Shown here in pieces: positions 26,663-36,784 of a DNA stretch of 64,000 nt. The stretch's first letter is position 1. Each line of letters starts with the position of its first letter. The notes under the pieces are model-generated. The model did not search any database. It was not told where the DNA came from and saw nothing but the letters and a program-made list of their open reading frames with translations. Position numbers and translations under genes: made by a program. This DNA comes from Patescibacteria group bacterium (GTDB lineage Bacteria; Patescibacteriota; Microgenomatia; UBA10105; UBA927): assembly GCA_049322955.1 (NCBI GenBank), contig JBMOPU010000012.1, forward strand, positions 681,517 through 745,516. The letters run 5' to 3'.

Positions 26663-27938
26663 GCGTAAATAGCTCCGATTCTATCTGGAGCAATCGATTG
26701 TATTTCGCAACCCGCTCTCCCCGTGCGGGAGCACCGAACTTCACGTAGTCTGATTGAACTCCTACGGCCAGATCGGCAATAAATGCATCGTTCGTCTCCC
26801 CGCTCCGGTGCGAGACAATGGTTTTGATGCCCGCCTGTTTGGCAATGGCGATAACGGCAAAAAATTCGGAAAGGGAACCGATCTGATTGGGTTTGGCAAG
26901 AATCGCCGAACACACCTTTTCGGTAATTGCGCGTTTCAACCGCTCGGGATTCGTCGCCAATAAATCATCGCCTACGACTAATACGTCATTCCCGATCTGG
27001 CGGGAAAGATCGTCCCAACTATCCCAATCATCTTCGCTTAACGGGTCCTCCAAAATTAATAGGCGATATTTCTTATGAAGCTCCATGAGATACTTAATAA
27101 AGTCGCTACTATTGAGGGGCGTGGGCTTATCTTTGATCTGATACCCTCCCCGATCATGCTTAAAGCTGTTCGCGGCGAGGTCCAATCCGAAAAATATGTC
27201 CACTCCGAAAATATAGGGAGAAGTTTTGATTGCTTCGGCGAGAATTTTTAGGGCGTCCAGGTTTGTGAAAAGGTTAGGGGCAAAACCCCCTTCGTATCCC
27301 ACGGCGTAGACGGCATTTCTATATTTGAGTATCTGCATCACCTGCTTATAAATAGCAACACCCATCTCTAAAGCCTGAGAAAACGATTTATTCGATGCGG
27401 GCACGACATGAAATTCCTGAAAATCCAAATTTCCCGAGCCGTGTTTGCCCCCGTTTATGACGTTAAACGTCGGGGTGGGAATTCTCGCCATGGGAGATGC
27501 GACAAACGGCGTAAAGAGTTCGTTGATATAGCGGTACAAAGGAATTCTCCGGGCATTGGCCGCCGCGGATGCCGTTGCAAGCGATACTCCCAATATGCTG
27601 TTAGCTCCCAGTACGTGTTTATCAGGTGTCCCGTCGAGGTCCAAGAGCGCTTTATCAAGCGCGGCCTGGTTTAAGGCATCCATACCTTTTACCGTGGTTG
27701 CAATGGTGCCGTTGACATGCGAAACGGCTTTTAAAACTCCCATACCGCCGTACCGCTTGGGATCTTTGTCCCGAAGCTCTACCGCTTCATATTTCCCGAG
27801 ACTAGTTCCCGCAGGAACGCTCGCTATACCACGGTAGCCGCTTTCCAGGATAACCATCACCTCAATAGTCGGATCGCCGCGAGAATCAAGAATTTCGCGG
27901 GCAATAACGGAATGAATACGGGTACTTACCTGTGTCAT
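26655..27938 (-). CDS. eno: Enolase (start assigned to the internal Met). The six-frame ORF extends a further 62 codons upstream across the ppsA stop.
   Basis: MTQVSTRIHSVIAREILDSRGDPTIEV enolase N-terminus. SIEDP and catalytic Lys regions. 427 aa from the ATG at 27938. Confidence 0.9.
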   Translation of the reverse strand: MTQVSTRIHSVIAREILDSRGDPTIEVMVILESGYRGIASVPAGTSLGKYEAVELRDKDPKRYGGMGVLKAVSHVNGTIATTVKGMDALNQAALDKALLDLDGTPDKHVLGANSILGVSLATASAAANARRIPLYRYINELFTPFVASPMARIPTPTFNVINGGKHGSGNLDFQEFHVVPASNKSFSQALEMGVAIYKQVMQILKYRNAVYAVGYEGGFAPNLFTNLDALKILAEAIKTSPYIFGVDIFFGLDLAANSFKHDRGGYQIKDKPTPLNSSDFIKYLMELHKKYRLLILEDPLSEDDWDSWDDLSRQIGNDVLVVGDDLLATNPERLKRAITEKVCSAILAKPNQIGSLSEFFAVIAIAKQAGIKTIVSHRSGETNDAFIADLAVGVQSDYVKFGAPARGERVAKYNRLLQIESELFTHG

Positions 27939-27946
27939 AACGGTGT

Positions 27947-30214
27947 TTATTTTTTCGTCACGAAGCGGTGCTCTGCGGCGGCAACCGTCGCTCTCACATG
28001 ATCGACCGCATCGGCATTGACGGATACGCTGGTTATCCCCCAAGAGACAAGCTTTTCGACCAGTTCCGGGTAGTCCGAGGGTGCCTGTCCGCACATGGAG
28101 GTGGTGACGCCTTCCTTTGCACACGCCTTTATTACCTTTTCAAATGCCCACATCACGGAAGGATCCTGCTCGGAAAAATCATGGGCAACTTCGCTATTGT
28201 CCCGATCGGTTCCCATGGTCAACATCGTTAAATCATTACTTCCTATGGACACCCCGTCGATACCGACTTTCAGAAAATCCTCAATGCGGATAACGTTCGT
28301 GGGAATCTCCACCATCATCCACAATTTGAAGGTGCTGGAACGCGAAAGTCCGCTCGCCGCCACCATCTTTTTTACTTCCATGAGTTCCTCAGGGGTTCTC
28401 ACAAACGGAATCATGATCCACAGATTTTTAAGACCCATTTTATTCCGTACCGTCTTGATTGCTTCAAGTTCAAGCTCAAATACCTGCGGATCGGCAATAT
28501 AGCGTGCCGCGCCCCGGAATCCCAACATCGGGTTCGGTTCCTCCGGCTCAAACGCTGTTCCTCCCTTAAGATTGCGATATTCGTTTGTCTTAAAATCCGT
28601 CGTTCGATACACCACCGGACGGGGAGAAAACGCCTCCGCTATGGTGGCGATTTGTCCCGCCACAACGTCGATAAACATCTGTTGTTTTTTGTCGGCAATA
28701 ATCTTTTTGGGATGGATTCCGACGCTCGCCATGATAAATTCGGCACGAAGGAGTCCCACACCGTCGGCATGGAGCTTGGCCACTTCCGCGGCTCTCCCTG
28801 CTTGCGCCAGATTCATATATACTTTGGTTGCCGTTTTTATCCGTTCGGCGGGTTTGACGATAGCAGGCGCACCGGTCGCGACCTTCACGGCACCCTTGTA
28901 TATTTCGCCGTTAGTGCCGTTCACCGTGATCACCATACCGTCCTTGACCGTCTTAAGGACACCGGTAGTTCCCACAACCGCGGGGATACCCAACTCACGC
29001 GAAACGATTGCGGCGTGAGAGGTACGGCCGCCACGCTCCGTTACGATGGCAACCGCTTTTTTCATGGCGGGCACAAAGTCGGGGTTCGTCATTTGGGCTA
29101 CCAACACATCCCCCGGGTGGACTTTCCCCAAATCTTTGGGGCTATAAAGAATCTGTACAGGACCGCTGGCAAGCCCCGGACTGGCGGCATCGCCTTTCAA
29201 AAACACTTCCTGTTTGGTAACGGGTAACTGCTGACGGTTCACCGTCGACTTAATGGTCGTCACCGGCCTGGTTTGAACAATATAAAGCTTGCCCTTTTCG
29301 ATCGCCCACTCAATATCCTGCGGGAAGAAATAATGTTTCTCCAAACGTTTGCCGAGCCGGGCAAGACCAAGAATCTGTCCGTCGGTCAGTTTTGCCTGAG
29401 AACCTTTCGCTTTCGGAATCGGGGTAATAAGGGTCTTCGTGCCGTGTTTGGTCATGATCTTTTCCTGCGTATTGACCTCTTTTTCGATAATTTTTTCGTC
29501 CGCTTTATCAACCACATAATGGTCGGGGGTAACGGCACCCTGGACGATCATTTCACCGAGGCCGTAAATGGCGTCAACCACCACTTTGGTTTTGTCGTTC
29601 GTGACGGGATCAATCGTGAACATAATGCCCGAATAATCGGACTGCACCATGCGTTGTACCGGAACGGCGATCCCGACTTTAAAGTGATCAAACTTGTGGG
29701 TGGCACGGTAGAATATCGCACGATCGGTGAAAAGCGATGCCCAGGCTTCTTTTACTTTTTCAAGTAAATTTGCTTCTCCCAACACATTAAGAAACGTTGC
29801 CTGTTGTCCCGCAAATGACGCTTCCGGCAGATCCTCGGCGGTTGCGGATGATCGTACGGCGACAAGCGCATGCTTTTTCAGTAATCCCGTATCCATGGTA
29901 AAATACGCGCGCATCACCTCATGAGCGATATCTTCGGGAAACCGGGATTTCATGATAAGCGAACGGATAGCTTTTCCCGCCTCTGCCAATTTCTTACTAT
30001 TACTGACGTCCAGGCCGTGCAGGAGATCAGCAAGATCATCACGAAGATGTGCTTCGTCGAGGAAATGGAAGTATGCCTGTGCGGTGACGATAAAACCGTT
30101 GGGCACGGGGAACCCAGCCTTCGTCATTTCGCCTAAATTGGCACCCTTGCCTCCTACAATTCCTATGTCACCCCGATCAACGTCCTTAAACCATACGACA
30201 AACGGTTTGGTCAT
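27947..30214 (-). CDS. ppsA: Phosphoenolpyruvate synthase (pyruvate, water dikinase)
   Basis: N-terminal ATP-grasp-like nucleotide-binding domain, central phospho-His domain (GGRTSHAAIVSRELGIPAVVG) and C-terminal PEP-utilising TIM barrel. 755 aa. Confidence 0.85.
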   Translation of the reverse strand: MTKPFVVWFKDVDRGDIGIVGGKGANLGEMTKAGFPVPNGFIVTAQAYFHFLDEAHLRDDLADLLHGLDVSNSKKLAEAGKAIRSLIMKSRFPEDIAHEVMRAYFTMDTGLLKKHALVAVRSSATAEDLPEASFAGQQATFLNVLGEANLLEKVKEAWASLFTDRAIFYRATHKFDHFKVGIAVPVQRMVQSDYSGIMFTIDPVTNDKTKVVVDAIYGLGEMIVQGAVTPDHYVVDKADEKIIEKEVNTQEKIMTKHGTKTLITPIPKAKGSQAKLTDGQILGLARLGKRLEKHYFFPQDIEWAIEKGKLYIVQTRPVTTIKSTVNRQQLPVTKQEVFLKGDAASPGLASGPVQILYSPKDLGKVHPGDVLVAQMTNPDFVPAMKKAVAIVTERGGRTSHAAIVSRELGIPAVVGTTGVLKTVKDGMVITVNGTNGEIYKGAVKVATGAPAIVKPAERIKTATKVYMNLAQAGRAAEVAKLHADGVGLLRAEFIMASVGIHPKKIIADKKQQMFIDVVAGQIATIAEAFSPRPVVYRTTDFKTNEYRNLKGGTAFEPEEPNPMLGFRGAARYIADPQVFELELEAIKTVRNKMGLKNLWIMIPFVRTPEELMEVKKMVAASGLSRSSTFKLWMMVEIPTNVIRIEDFLKVGIDGVSIGSNDLTMLTMGTDRDNSEVAHDFSEQDPSVMWAFEKVIKACAKEGVTTSMCGQAPSDYPELVEKLVSWGITSVSVNADAVDHVRATVAAAEHRFVTKK

Positions 30215-30257
30215 ATGACCAGTATGGGTAATTTTTGCAAAAATCGCAAGTGCTATA

Positions 30258-30926
30258 ATGCACGATATGCGAAAAGCAATACTTTTTGATATGGACGGGG
30301 TTATCGCCCACAGTGAAACGCTGTGGAATGAGCGGGAACCCGATTTGCTGAGAGAAATCCTCCCCGCATCTGCCGCTGATACGATTATCGGAAATACCCG
30401 CGGTCTTTCGGAAAGCCTTATCTACGAATGGGCAAAAAAATTAGGATATAGCGGAACCAGAGAAACCTTTTATGGTAAGTATGACCGTCTCGCACAAAAA
30501 ATATATGCGGAATGTGCTCTCACGCCGGGTATGGATGATCTATTCGGGGAATTGAAACAATCACAGGCATCAATAGGATTGGTATCTTCATCCCCTATGG
30601 ATTGGATCACCATCGTATTACACCGTCTCAAAAACCGGGATGTATTCCGTTTCATAGAATCGGTCAATGCGCACCCCGAGCTACGCCCAAAGCCCGCACC
30701 GGACGGGTATATCGCGGCCATGAAGGCGTTAAACGTACTCCCTCATGATACGCTTATTGTCGAAGACTCCCAAACGGGGATCAATGCGGCGGTGTCAGCG
30801 GGTGCCAACGTGTGTTGTTTTGCCCTTCATGTCGACAAACAGAAACTGCCTACGGGTGTTACCCAGTACGCCCATACCATTCAGGAGCTGAAAAGCGCTT
30901 GCATGGCCTTTCTTGCCCCCCGATAA
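30258..30926 (+). CDS. HAD-IA family hydrolase (beta-phosphoglucomutase-like)
   Basis: LFDMDGVI motif I and VEDSQTGI motif IV. Confidence 0.7.
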   Translation: MHDMRKAILFDMDGVIAHSETLWNEREPDLLREILPASAADTIIGNTRGLSESLIYEWAKKLGYSGTRETFYGKYDRLAQKIYAECALTPGMDDLFGELKQSQASIGLVSSSPMDWITIVLHRLKNRDVFRFIESVNAHPELRPKPAPDGYIAAMKALNVLPHDTLIVEDSQTGINAAVSAGANVCCFALHVDKQKLPTGVTQYAHTIQELKSACMAFLAPR

Positions 30927-30932
30927 ATGCTT

Positions 30933-31850
30933 TTACCGGTTCGCGGGTACAATCACCTCAAATTTCTCCGGCTTACCGTAGGCTTTCGGACCGTAATCGT
31001 TACAAAACTGCTCAATGTGTTGCATGAAATAGTCGGGCTTCACCTTTTGAATCTGCCCGCACAAGTAATACGTAAGCGCGATGACGGTACCGAAACTTGC
31101 CGTAGCGCCAAGCGGGATATCCCAGCGGTGGGCAGGGTGGCCGAAGTATTTGTTTTCACTGCCCAAGGTGATCACCAATTCATGTTCCCACGGATGGACA
31201 AATTTAGCATGTCGGGCATGACCTTGCGGAAACGCGCGAATCATAACGTGCGGTCCGAATAATTCGTCTCCTTTTATTTCGACCATAGGCCCGACGTTGA
31301 GGTACGCATCGGGGAGCACAAACGTGTACGTCTGATATTCGGAAAAACCGGGAGGAAGTGAGATACCGTTTATACATGTCTTTATATCTTCCGCTTTTTC
31401 TCCCGTTGCGGATAATACCATCCCCAGATACGTTGAGGTGTTGTACGTATACGGCTCTGCAATGCTTTTGTACGCGTACACTTTGTCGGCGATACCTGCC
31501 CCGGTTGAATTCGGCTTGCAGGTCAACAAGGTTGTTCTTAGCTTCATATCCCGCGAAAGTTCGAGTTCCCACACCGAATCTTTTTCACCCGAGGCGGAGA
31601 TGATGACCGCATCGGTGATAAGTCCCTTTTCAATGACCGGCTTGTAGGCTTCTGCAATCGCACGAAAATTACTTTCATCGGCAAATATGGCCGCTTTTCC
31701 CGAAAATAAAATTTTGCCCGTATTAATTGCATTGCCGCTCCCGACGACAAAAGGAAGCGAATAGGCACTGATATCAAGGGCGGGGGGCGGTGTTTTTGTA
31801 AAAAAATCCAACGCTTCCAAAACGATCGTATCCAATGTCGGAATGTTCAT
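30933..31850 (-). CDS. Hypothetical protein, possibly an SIS-type sugar-phosphate isomerase
   Basis: About 305 aa, Gly-rich VVGSGNAINTGK loop. Sits between the gluconeogenic operon and the ManA/PMM genes. Assignment is speculative. Confidence 0.35.
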   Translation of the reverse strand: MNIPTLDTIVLEALDFFTKTPPPALDISAYSLPFVVGSGNAINTGKILFSGKAAIFADESNFRAIAEAYKPVIEKGLITDAVIISASGEKDSVWELELSRDMKLRTTLLTCKPNSTGAGIADKVYAYKSIAEPYTYNTSTYLGMVLSATGEKAEDIKTCINGISLPPGFSEYQTYTFVLPDAYLNVGPMVEIKGDELFGPHVMIRAFPQGHARHAKFVHPWEHELVITLGSENKYFGHPAHRWDIPLGATASFGTVIALTYYLCGQIQKVKPDYFMQHIEQFCNDYGPKAYGKPEKFEVIVPANR

Positions 31851-31862
31851 AGCAACCCCTTT

Positions 31863-33050
31863 CTAATATGAAATAAGTATTTCGGTATCGGCAACCGTCG
31901 CGCTGACTTTGTACGATCCGCACCCTGCGGGAACAAACACCGAGTGACCCATAGTTACGGTAACGGGCAGTTCATTTGCCGTGACGACGACGGCTCCCGC
32001 CCTGACAAATATATGCCGGAAGGTGTCCATGGTCGAATCAAACATCGCTCCCGGTTTCGTGAAGCTCACCCGATCCATAGAATAGTACTTACTTTCCAAA
32101 ATCAGATCATGCGTATAGGCGTCCGTTTTTGCAACCGATTTTGCCTGACGCATATGGGTTTTCGGATCGTTTGCCTCAGGACTTCTGTCTGCGTAAGTAA
32201 AGTACTCGGCTATCTGTAACGGACGAAGCGTTCCGTCTTTCGACATTTTCCCCTTGTCAAAACTCCGCAGTGTCGCCACGTTATCCATGACATTGAGCTG
32301 AATCTCATACAACACGTTCCCCAAAGGAATACTCGCAAGATCTTCCTCCCAGGAGTGATGGATACCGCAGGGCGAAAGGTCGATAAGCGTTCCTTTTTCT
32401 ACCCGGACGACATTGACGTATTGCCAGGGGTTCGCGTCTTTGACGAGCTGACTGATTATCTCGGACGCCTCCTCGTACGAAAGGGACCCTTCGCGAACCC
32501 GTGCGGCGACAAGTTGCATCTCTTTGTCGAGTTTGGTGACCGCACCCTGATATGACTCCCATGAAACTCCCGTTTTGATACCGCAGGTAATAATGCCGGG
32601 CTCAAAGTAATACCAGGATTCTGGCTTGGGCTTCCAATGGTCATTTTTCACCCCGTCGGGGACATGCAGTTGAAATGAATTGCCCAATGCCTGGGTAAAT
32701 TTCAACAGTAAATGCATCGTTGAGCCGTACGTACGAACGATGCGCTTTCCCAACACCGCCACCGCATCCTGTGAGATGAGCGCCGACAGGGCTACGCTGT
32801 TGGGGACGACTGATTGCTGTTCAACCGACTTGGTATCGGCTATTTCCCCCTGAAATTGCGGATCTTGGGAACTTATTAACAGCGACAGATTGCTTTTATC
32901 GTAAAGTTCATACGATTGCCCGATTTTTTTGCCGGCGACGTTTGTTGCGTTCTGCCATTTTTTAGATTCGGCGATGTACGTTCCGCCCCAAGTCGGCTGT
33001 TCAATAAGCTTTGGAATAACAAGATACGGACGAAGTTGTTTTGTATCCAT
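31863..33050 (-). CDS. Mannose-6-phosphate isomerase class I-like cupin protein
   Basis: N-terminal PTWGGTY block resembles the type I PMI (ManA) PxWGG motif. About 395 aa. Confidence 0.45.
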   Translation of the reverse strand: MDTKQLRPYLVIPKLIEQPTWGGTYIAESKKWQNATNVAGKKIGQSYELYDKSNLSLLISSQDPQFQGEIADTKSVEQQSVVPNSVALSALISQDAVAVLGKRIVRTYGSTMHLLLKFTQALGNSFQLHVPDGVKNDHWKPKPESWYYFEPGIITCGIKTGVSWESYQGAVTKLDKEMQLVAARVREGSLSYEEASEIISQLVKDANPWQYVNVVRVEKGTLIDLSPCGIHHSWEEDLASIPLGNVLYEIQLNVMDNVATLRSFDKGKMSKDGTLRPLQIAEYFTYADRSPEANDPKTHMRQAKSVAKTDAYTHDLILESKYYSMDRVSFTKPGAMFDSTMDTFRHIFVRAGAVVVTANELPVTVTMGHSVFVPAGCGSYKVSATVADTEILISY

Positions 33051-33057
33051 AGGATGG

Positions 33058-34473
33058 TTACTCTAACGCTTTTGTGTTGACACCGGAACCGAAATCGATT
33101 TCGGAAAACTTATGCAGTATTTCGCCGACCTGACGCTTCAGTGTGTCGTACGCTGTCTGGGTCTTCCCTTCAAATTTCACCGTAAGATACGGCCCGTTTT
33201 GACTTGCCCGCACGATAAGCATCTCGCTATCAGTGTCCATACGCACCCCGTCAATCTCGGTATAGGTAGCCGCCGGATACAATTTCTTCACCTCTCCGCC
33301 GATCTTTTCACTGACGAGTGAAAATTTGATCGCATCCGGACATCCTACTTTTATTTCAGGGCTTGAAACATACTGCGGCAACTCGTCGATAACCGCGGCA
33401 AGACTCTTCTTTACTTTGGTTAAGTAGGCAAGGAGACGCAAGCTGGCAATAGCTCCGTCATCATGACCGTAAAAATTGTCCATGAAGAAGAAATGTCCCG
33501 AAAGCTCCCCGCCGAACGGTGAACGCGCCTCGCGAACTTTGGCTTTAATAAATGAATGCCCCGTCTTCCAAAGGATCGGCGTGCCGCCTTTTTGGCGTAT
33601 TACTTCATCCACCTGCTTGGAGCAAAGCGCATTATAGACGATGTTTGCTCCGGGAAGAGACCCCAACACGTCGACGGAGAATATAGATACGAGGACGTCG
33701 TTCCAAATGAGCCTTCCGGTGTGATCGACAATGCCGACACGATCCCCGTCACAATCATAGGAAAATCCGATATCGGCTTTTTCCTTGAGCACCCGTTCGG
33801 CAAGACGTGCCTGCACTTCGTGCTCGGTCGGGTCTGGCGTACCTACCGGGAAATTACCGTCGGGCGTGGTGTTTTGCTCGATGACTTCGCACCCTACCGA
33901 GCGCAAGATGTCGGGTAAATAAATGCCCGTGGTAGCACCGCAGGAATCCACGACAATCTTGAATGTACCGATGGGATCAATCCGTCGCTTCAGATCATCC
34001 ATATATTCCTGTTTGATATCTTTTTTGACCACCGTGCCTTTCGGCGAGCGGGTCACGAATTTCCCTGATTTGACCAAATCGCGAAGTTCAATAATCTCTT
34101 CGGAAAGCATGGTTTCCGAAAATCCCATACCGAACTTAAACCCGTTGTATTCTTTGGGGTTATGCGATGCGGTGATCATGACTAATCCTTTGGTACGGAA
34201 GTAGTACCCGGCAAAGTACGCAATTTGAGATAACGTCATGCCGATGTCATAGACCGTTATTCCCGACTCGGTGAGTCCTTTGACCATGGCGTCGCGAAAT
34301 TCGGGACTTGAGAGCCGACAATCATAGCCCACCACGCAATCATAGATCCTGCGTTGGAGTAACCATGTCGCATACCCTTTTGCCAACAATTCCACATTTT
34401 CCGCATCGAGTTCACTGCCTACCAAACCGCGCAAGTCATATCCGCGAAACACATGATCAGGAATAGAGTTCAT
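33058..34473 (-). CDS. Phosphomannomutase/phosphoglucomutase (alpha-D-phosphohexomutase)
   Basis: TASHNPKEYNGFK active-site serine loop and four-domain organisation. 471 aa. Confidence 0.85.
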   Translation of the reverse strand: MNSIPDHVFRGYDLRGLVGSELDAENVELLAKGYATWLLQRRIYDCVVGYDCRLSSPEFRDAMVKGLTESGITVYDIGMTLSQIAYFAGYYFRTKGLVMITASHNPKEYNGFKFGMGFSETMLSEEIIELRDLVKSGKFVTRSPKGTVVKKDIKQEYMDDLKRRIDPIGTFKIVVDSCGATTGIYLPDILRSVGCEVIEQNTTPDGNFPVGTPDPTEHEVQARLAERVLKEKADIGFSYDCDGDRVGIVDHTGRLIWNDVLVSIFSVDVLGSLPGANIVYNALCSKQVDEVIRQKGGTPILWKTGHSFIKAKVREARSPFGGELSGHFFFMDNFYGHDDGAIASLRLLAYLTKVKKSLAAVIDELPQYVSSPEIKVGCPDAIKFSLVSEKIGGEVKKLYPAATYTEIDGVRMDTDSEMLIVRASQNGPYLTVKFEGKTQTAYDTLKRQVGEILHKFSEIDFGSGVNTKALE

Positions 34474-34482
34474 AAAACCTCC

Positions 34483-35172
34483 TTATAAAGAAATCAATAA
34501 TTGTTCGATACGTTGGGTTAAAACAAACGGTGAGGATCCCGTTTTGATGGCAGTGTCGATATCCAACAAGGATGTATGCATAACGACGAGTTGTTCAATC
34601 GTAAAATGTTGCGCCTGTGAAGTCAAGCGACCTACCTGCCACGATTGCATACCCGCAGGCGTTACTCCGTCTTTGAGCATGATGAGCTGTCGCACGCGCC
34701 GTACAAGCAGGGCAAACACCACTTCGGGAACTTCCTGCGATATCACCTGGGAAAATAAGGTTAACGACGTTTTTGCATTGCCGGGAGCTATGCTATCAAG
34801 AAATTGGAAGATAACGCTCGGCAGTTTAAAGAGAAACGGTCGCAGGGCACTGCCGAGTTTTGAGAGCGTTCCTTTTTCAATTTCCTTGTCTTCATAGAGG
34901 ATGATGTCCGTGTCTTTTGCAGAGGCAATAATCTGGGCAAGCAGATTCGAAAACGCTTTTTCCCTTTTTTTAGCATTACCGATAAACCCTTCGATAATAA
35001 CGAGTATTTCCCCGCCGAACAGGGAAGATGACGTCAGCGCCTGTACAAGCGCGTTCGAATCCAACTTCTTACCTGAAATTTCCCGGATCTCCTTATCTTT
35101 TGCGTCGGATTTGAGCTCCATGAGTTTGGCGCGTGAAGCGGTCAGATGGTCCCCATGAATAAGCGTAAGCAT
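34483..35172 (-). CDS. holA: DNA polymerase III delta-subunit-like protein (start at internal Met)
   Basis: MLTLIHGD...LFGGEILVII N-terminal clamp-loader delta-like fold features. Assignment is tentative. Confidence 0.4.
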   Translation of the reverse strand: MLTLIHGDHLTASRAKLMELKSDAKDKEIREISGKKLDSNALVQALTSSSLFGGEILVIIEGFIGNAKKREKAFSNLLAQIIASAKDTDIILYEDKEIEKGTLSKLGSALRPFLFKLPSVIFQFLDSIAPGNAKTSLTLFSQVISQEVPEVVFALLVRRVRQLIMLKDGVTPAGMQSWQVGRLTSQAQHFTIEQLVVMHTSLLDIDTAIKTGSSPFVLTQRIEQLLISL

Positions 35173-35176
35173 AGCG

Positions 35177-35602
35177 TTAGGTTGACGGTTGCAGTTTCTT
35201 GAGCGCTTCGGTAAGGAGCGGCACATTGGTTTTCGGGTACCCTAATTGCGTCATGGCGGTCGAAACGGGCATCCATGTCGCCTCACTGATTCCTTCTTCC
35301 GTTTGAACCACCGGTTTTTGCAATGAGGCGGACCGGAACACATAATAATACACCGTCTTCCGAATCGGAAGGGCACGGAAGTACCAATAGGAGGTAGGAG
35401 CGAGTGAAGCGACGAGGGTGAGATTATGTATCCCCACTTCTTCGGCGATTTCGCGTAGAGCGGTGGTTTCAAGATCCTCGCCCTTTTCAATCTTTCCTTT
35501 GGGGAACGTCCACAAACCCTTTCGATCTTTCATCACCAACACGAGCATGACCTGTTTGCTCCGGTAAAAAATAAGCCCTCCTGCCGATACTTCGCTCATC
35601 AT
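35177..35602 (-). CDS. NUDIX hydrolase
   Basis: Nudix box GKIEKGEDLETTALREIAEEVGI. Confidence 0.75.
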   Translation of the reverse strand: MMSEVSAGGLIFYRSKQVMLVLVMKDRKGLWTFPKGKIEKGEDLETTALREIAEEVGIHNLTLVASLAPTSYWYFRALPIRKTVYYYVFRSASLQKPVVQTEEGISEATWMPVSTAMTQLGYPKTNVPLLTEALKKLQPST

Positions 35603-35603
35603 A

Positions 35604-36776
35604 TTATTTGAGATATTTTTTCCCTTTTATCTTATCGGGAAGCAGACTTTCATTTGTATATGCCTGATAGCCCTTGCCGTAGCCTAAGTTTTTCATGAGC
35701 TTGGTCGGCGCATTGCGGATGACCAGCGGAATCGGGAGGTTCCCGTATTTTTTGACATCATCAAGCGCCGCAAAGTACGCATCATATGCGCTCCGGTCTT
35801 TTTTGGCCAGGGAAAGATACACAACCCCGTGCGCAAGATTTTCCTGACATTCGGGATAGCCTATTTTGTTACAGGCATCAAATACGGCATTTGCCACAAC
35901 AAGTGCCGTGGGTTGGGCTACCCCGATATCTTCCGACGCAAAAACGACCATGCGCCGTGCGATAAACAACGGATCCTCGCCGGCTTCGACCATCCGCGCC
36001 AGATAATAGAGCGCGGCATCGGGATCGCTGGCGCGCATCGATTTTATAAACGCGCTTATCGTGTTGTAATGTTCCTCGGCACCTTTATCATAGTGGAGTG
36101 TCTTCCGTTGTGCCGCTTCCTCAATATTTTTGAGCGTCAGCTGTTTGCCTTTGGTAATTTCCGACGCAATTTCAAGCGTCGTCAGGAGTGCCCGACCGTC
36201 ACCGTTTGCCACTTCCCAAAGAAACTTTTCCGCATCCGTTGTTATGGTTTTTTTCAGATACGATAATCCCCGTTGCGTAATGGTATGAAGCGCGGCTTCC
36301 GTAAGAGGATTGAGGACAAGAACACGAAGTCGTGACAAAAGCGGACTAATGACCTCAAATGACGGGTTTTCGGTAGTAGCACCGATAAAAATAACCGTAC
36401 CCTTTTCCACATGCGGCAGTAAGGCGTCCTGTTGCGCTTTGTTAAACCGATGAATTTCATCGATAAAGAGTACGGTGCGCCTCCCTGTTTTGAGCCGTTC
36501 GGCCGCTTCGGCGATAATACCCCGTACGGTAGCAAGCGATGTGGTGACTGCCGATTCCGCAACAAAGTGTGCATCGGTTAAGGTTGCCAAGAGCTGGGCA
36601 AGCGAGGTTTTGCCGCTCCCCGGGGGCCCCCAAAATACCATGGAGGGAAGAAAGCCCTTCACGAGAAATTTTCGGATAATCCCTTCTTTGCCGACAAGGT
36701 GATCCTGACCGATAATTTCGTCCAGGGTGCGAGGTCGTAACGCGTCAGCAAGAGGCCGAGACATTTCCATCGGCAA
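35604..36776 (-). CDS. rarA: Replication-associated recombination protein A (AAA+ ATPase)
   Basis: Walker A GPPGSGKTSLA, Walker B LFIDEIHRFN and MgsA C-terminal domain. 390 aa. Confidence 0.85.
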   Translation of the reverse strand: MPMEMSRPLADALRPRTLDEIIGQDHLVGKEGIIRKFLVKGFLPSMVFWGPPGSGKTSLAQLLATLTDAHFVAESAVTTSLATVRGIIAEAAERLKTGRRTVLFIDEIHRFNKAQQDALLPHVEKGTVIFIGATTENPSFEVISPLLSRLRVLVLNPLTEAALHTITQRGLSYLKKTITTDAEKFLWEVANGDGRALLTTLEIASEITKGKQLTLKNIEEAAQRKTLHYDKGAEEHYNTISAFIKSMRASDPDAALYYLARMVEAGEDPLFIARRMVVFASEDIGVAQPTALVVANAVFDACNKIGYPECQENLAHGVVYLSLAKKDRSAYDAYFAALDDVKKYGNLPIPLVIRNAPTKLMKNLGYGKGYQAYTNESLLPDKIKGKKYLK

Positions 36777-36784
36777 TCATTCTA

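Noticed and set aside
26655-28124. 489-aa six-frame version of enolase with a Cys/Arg-rich 62-aa N-terminal extension overlapping the ppsA 3' end
   Set aside because: The extension is not enolase-like, it overlaps the upstream gene, and an ATG giving the canonical MTQVSTRIHSV N-terminus exists at 27938.
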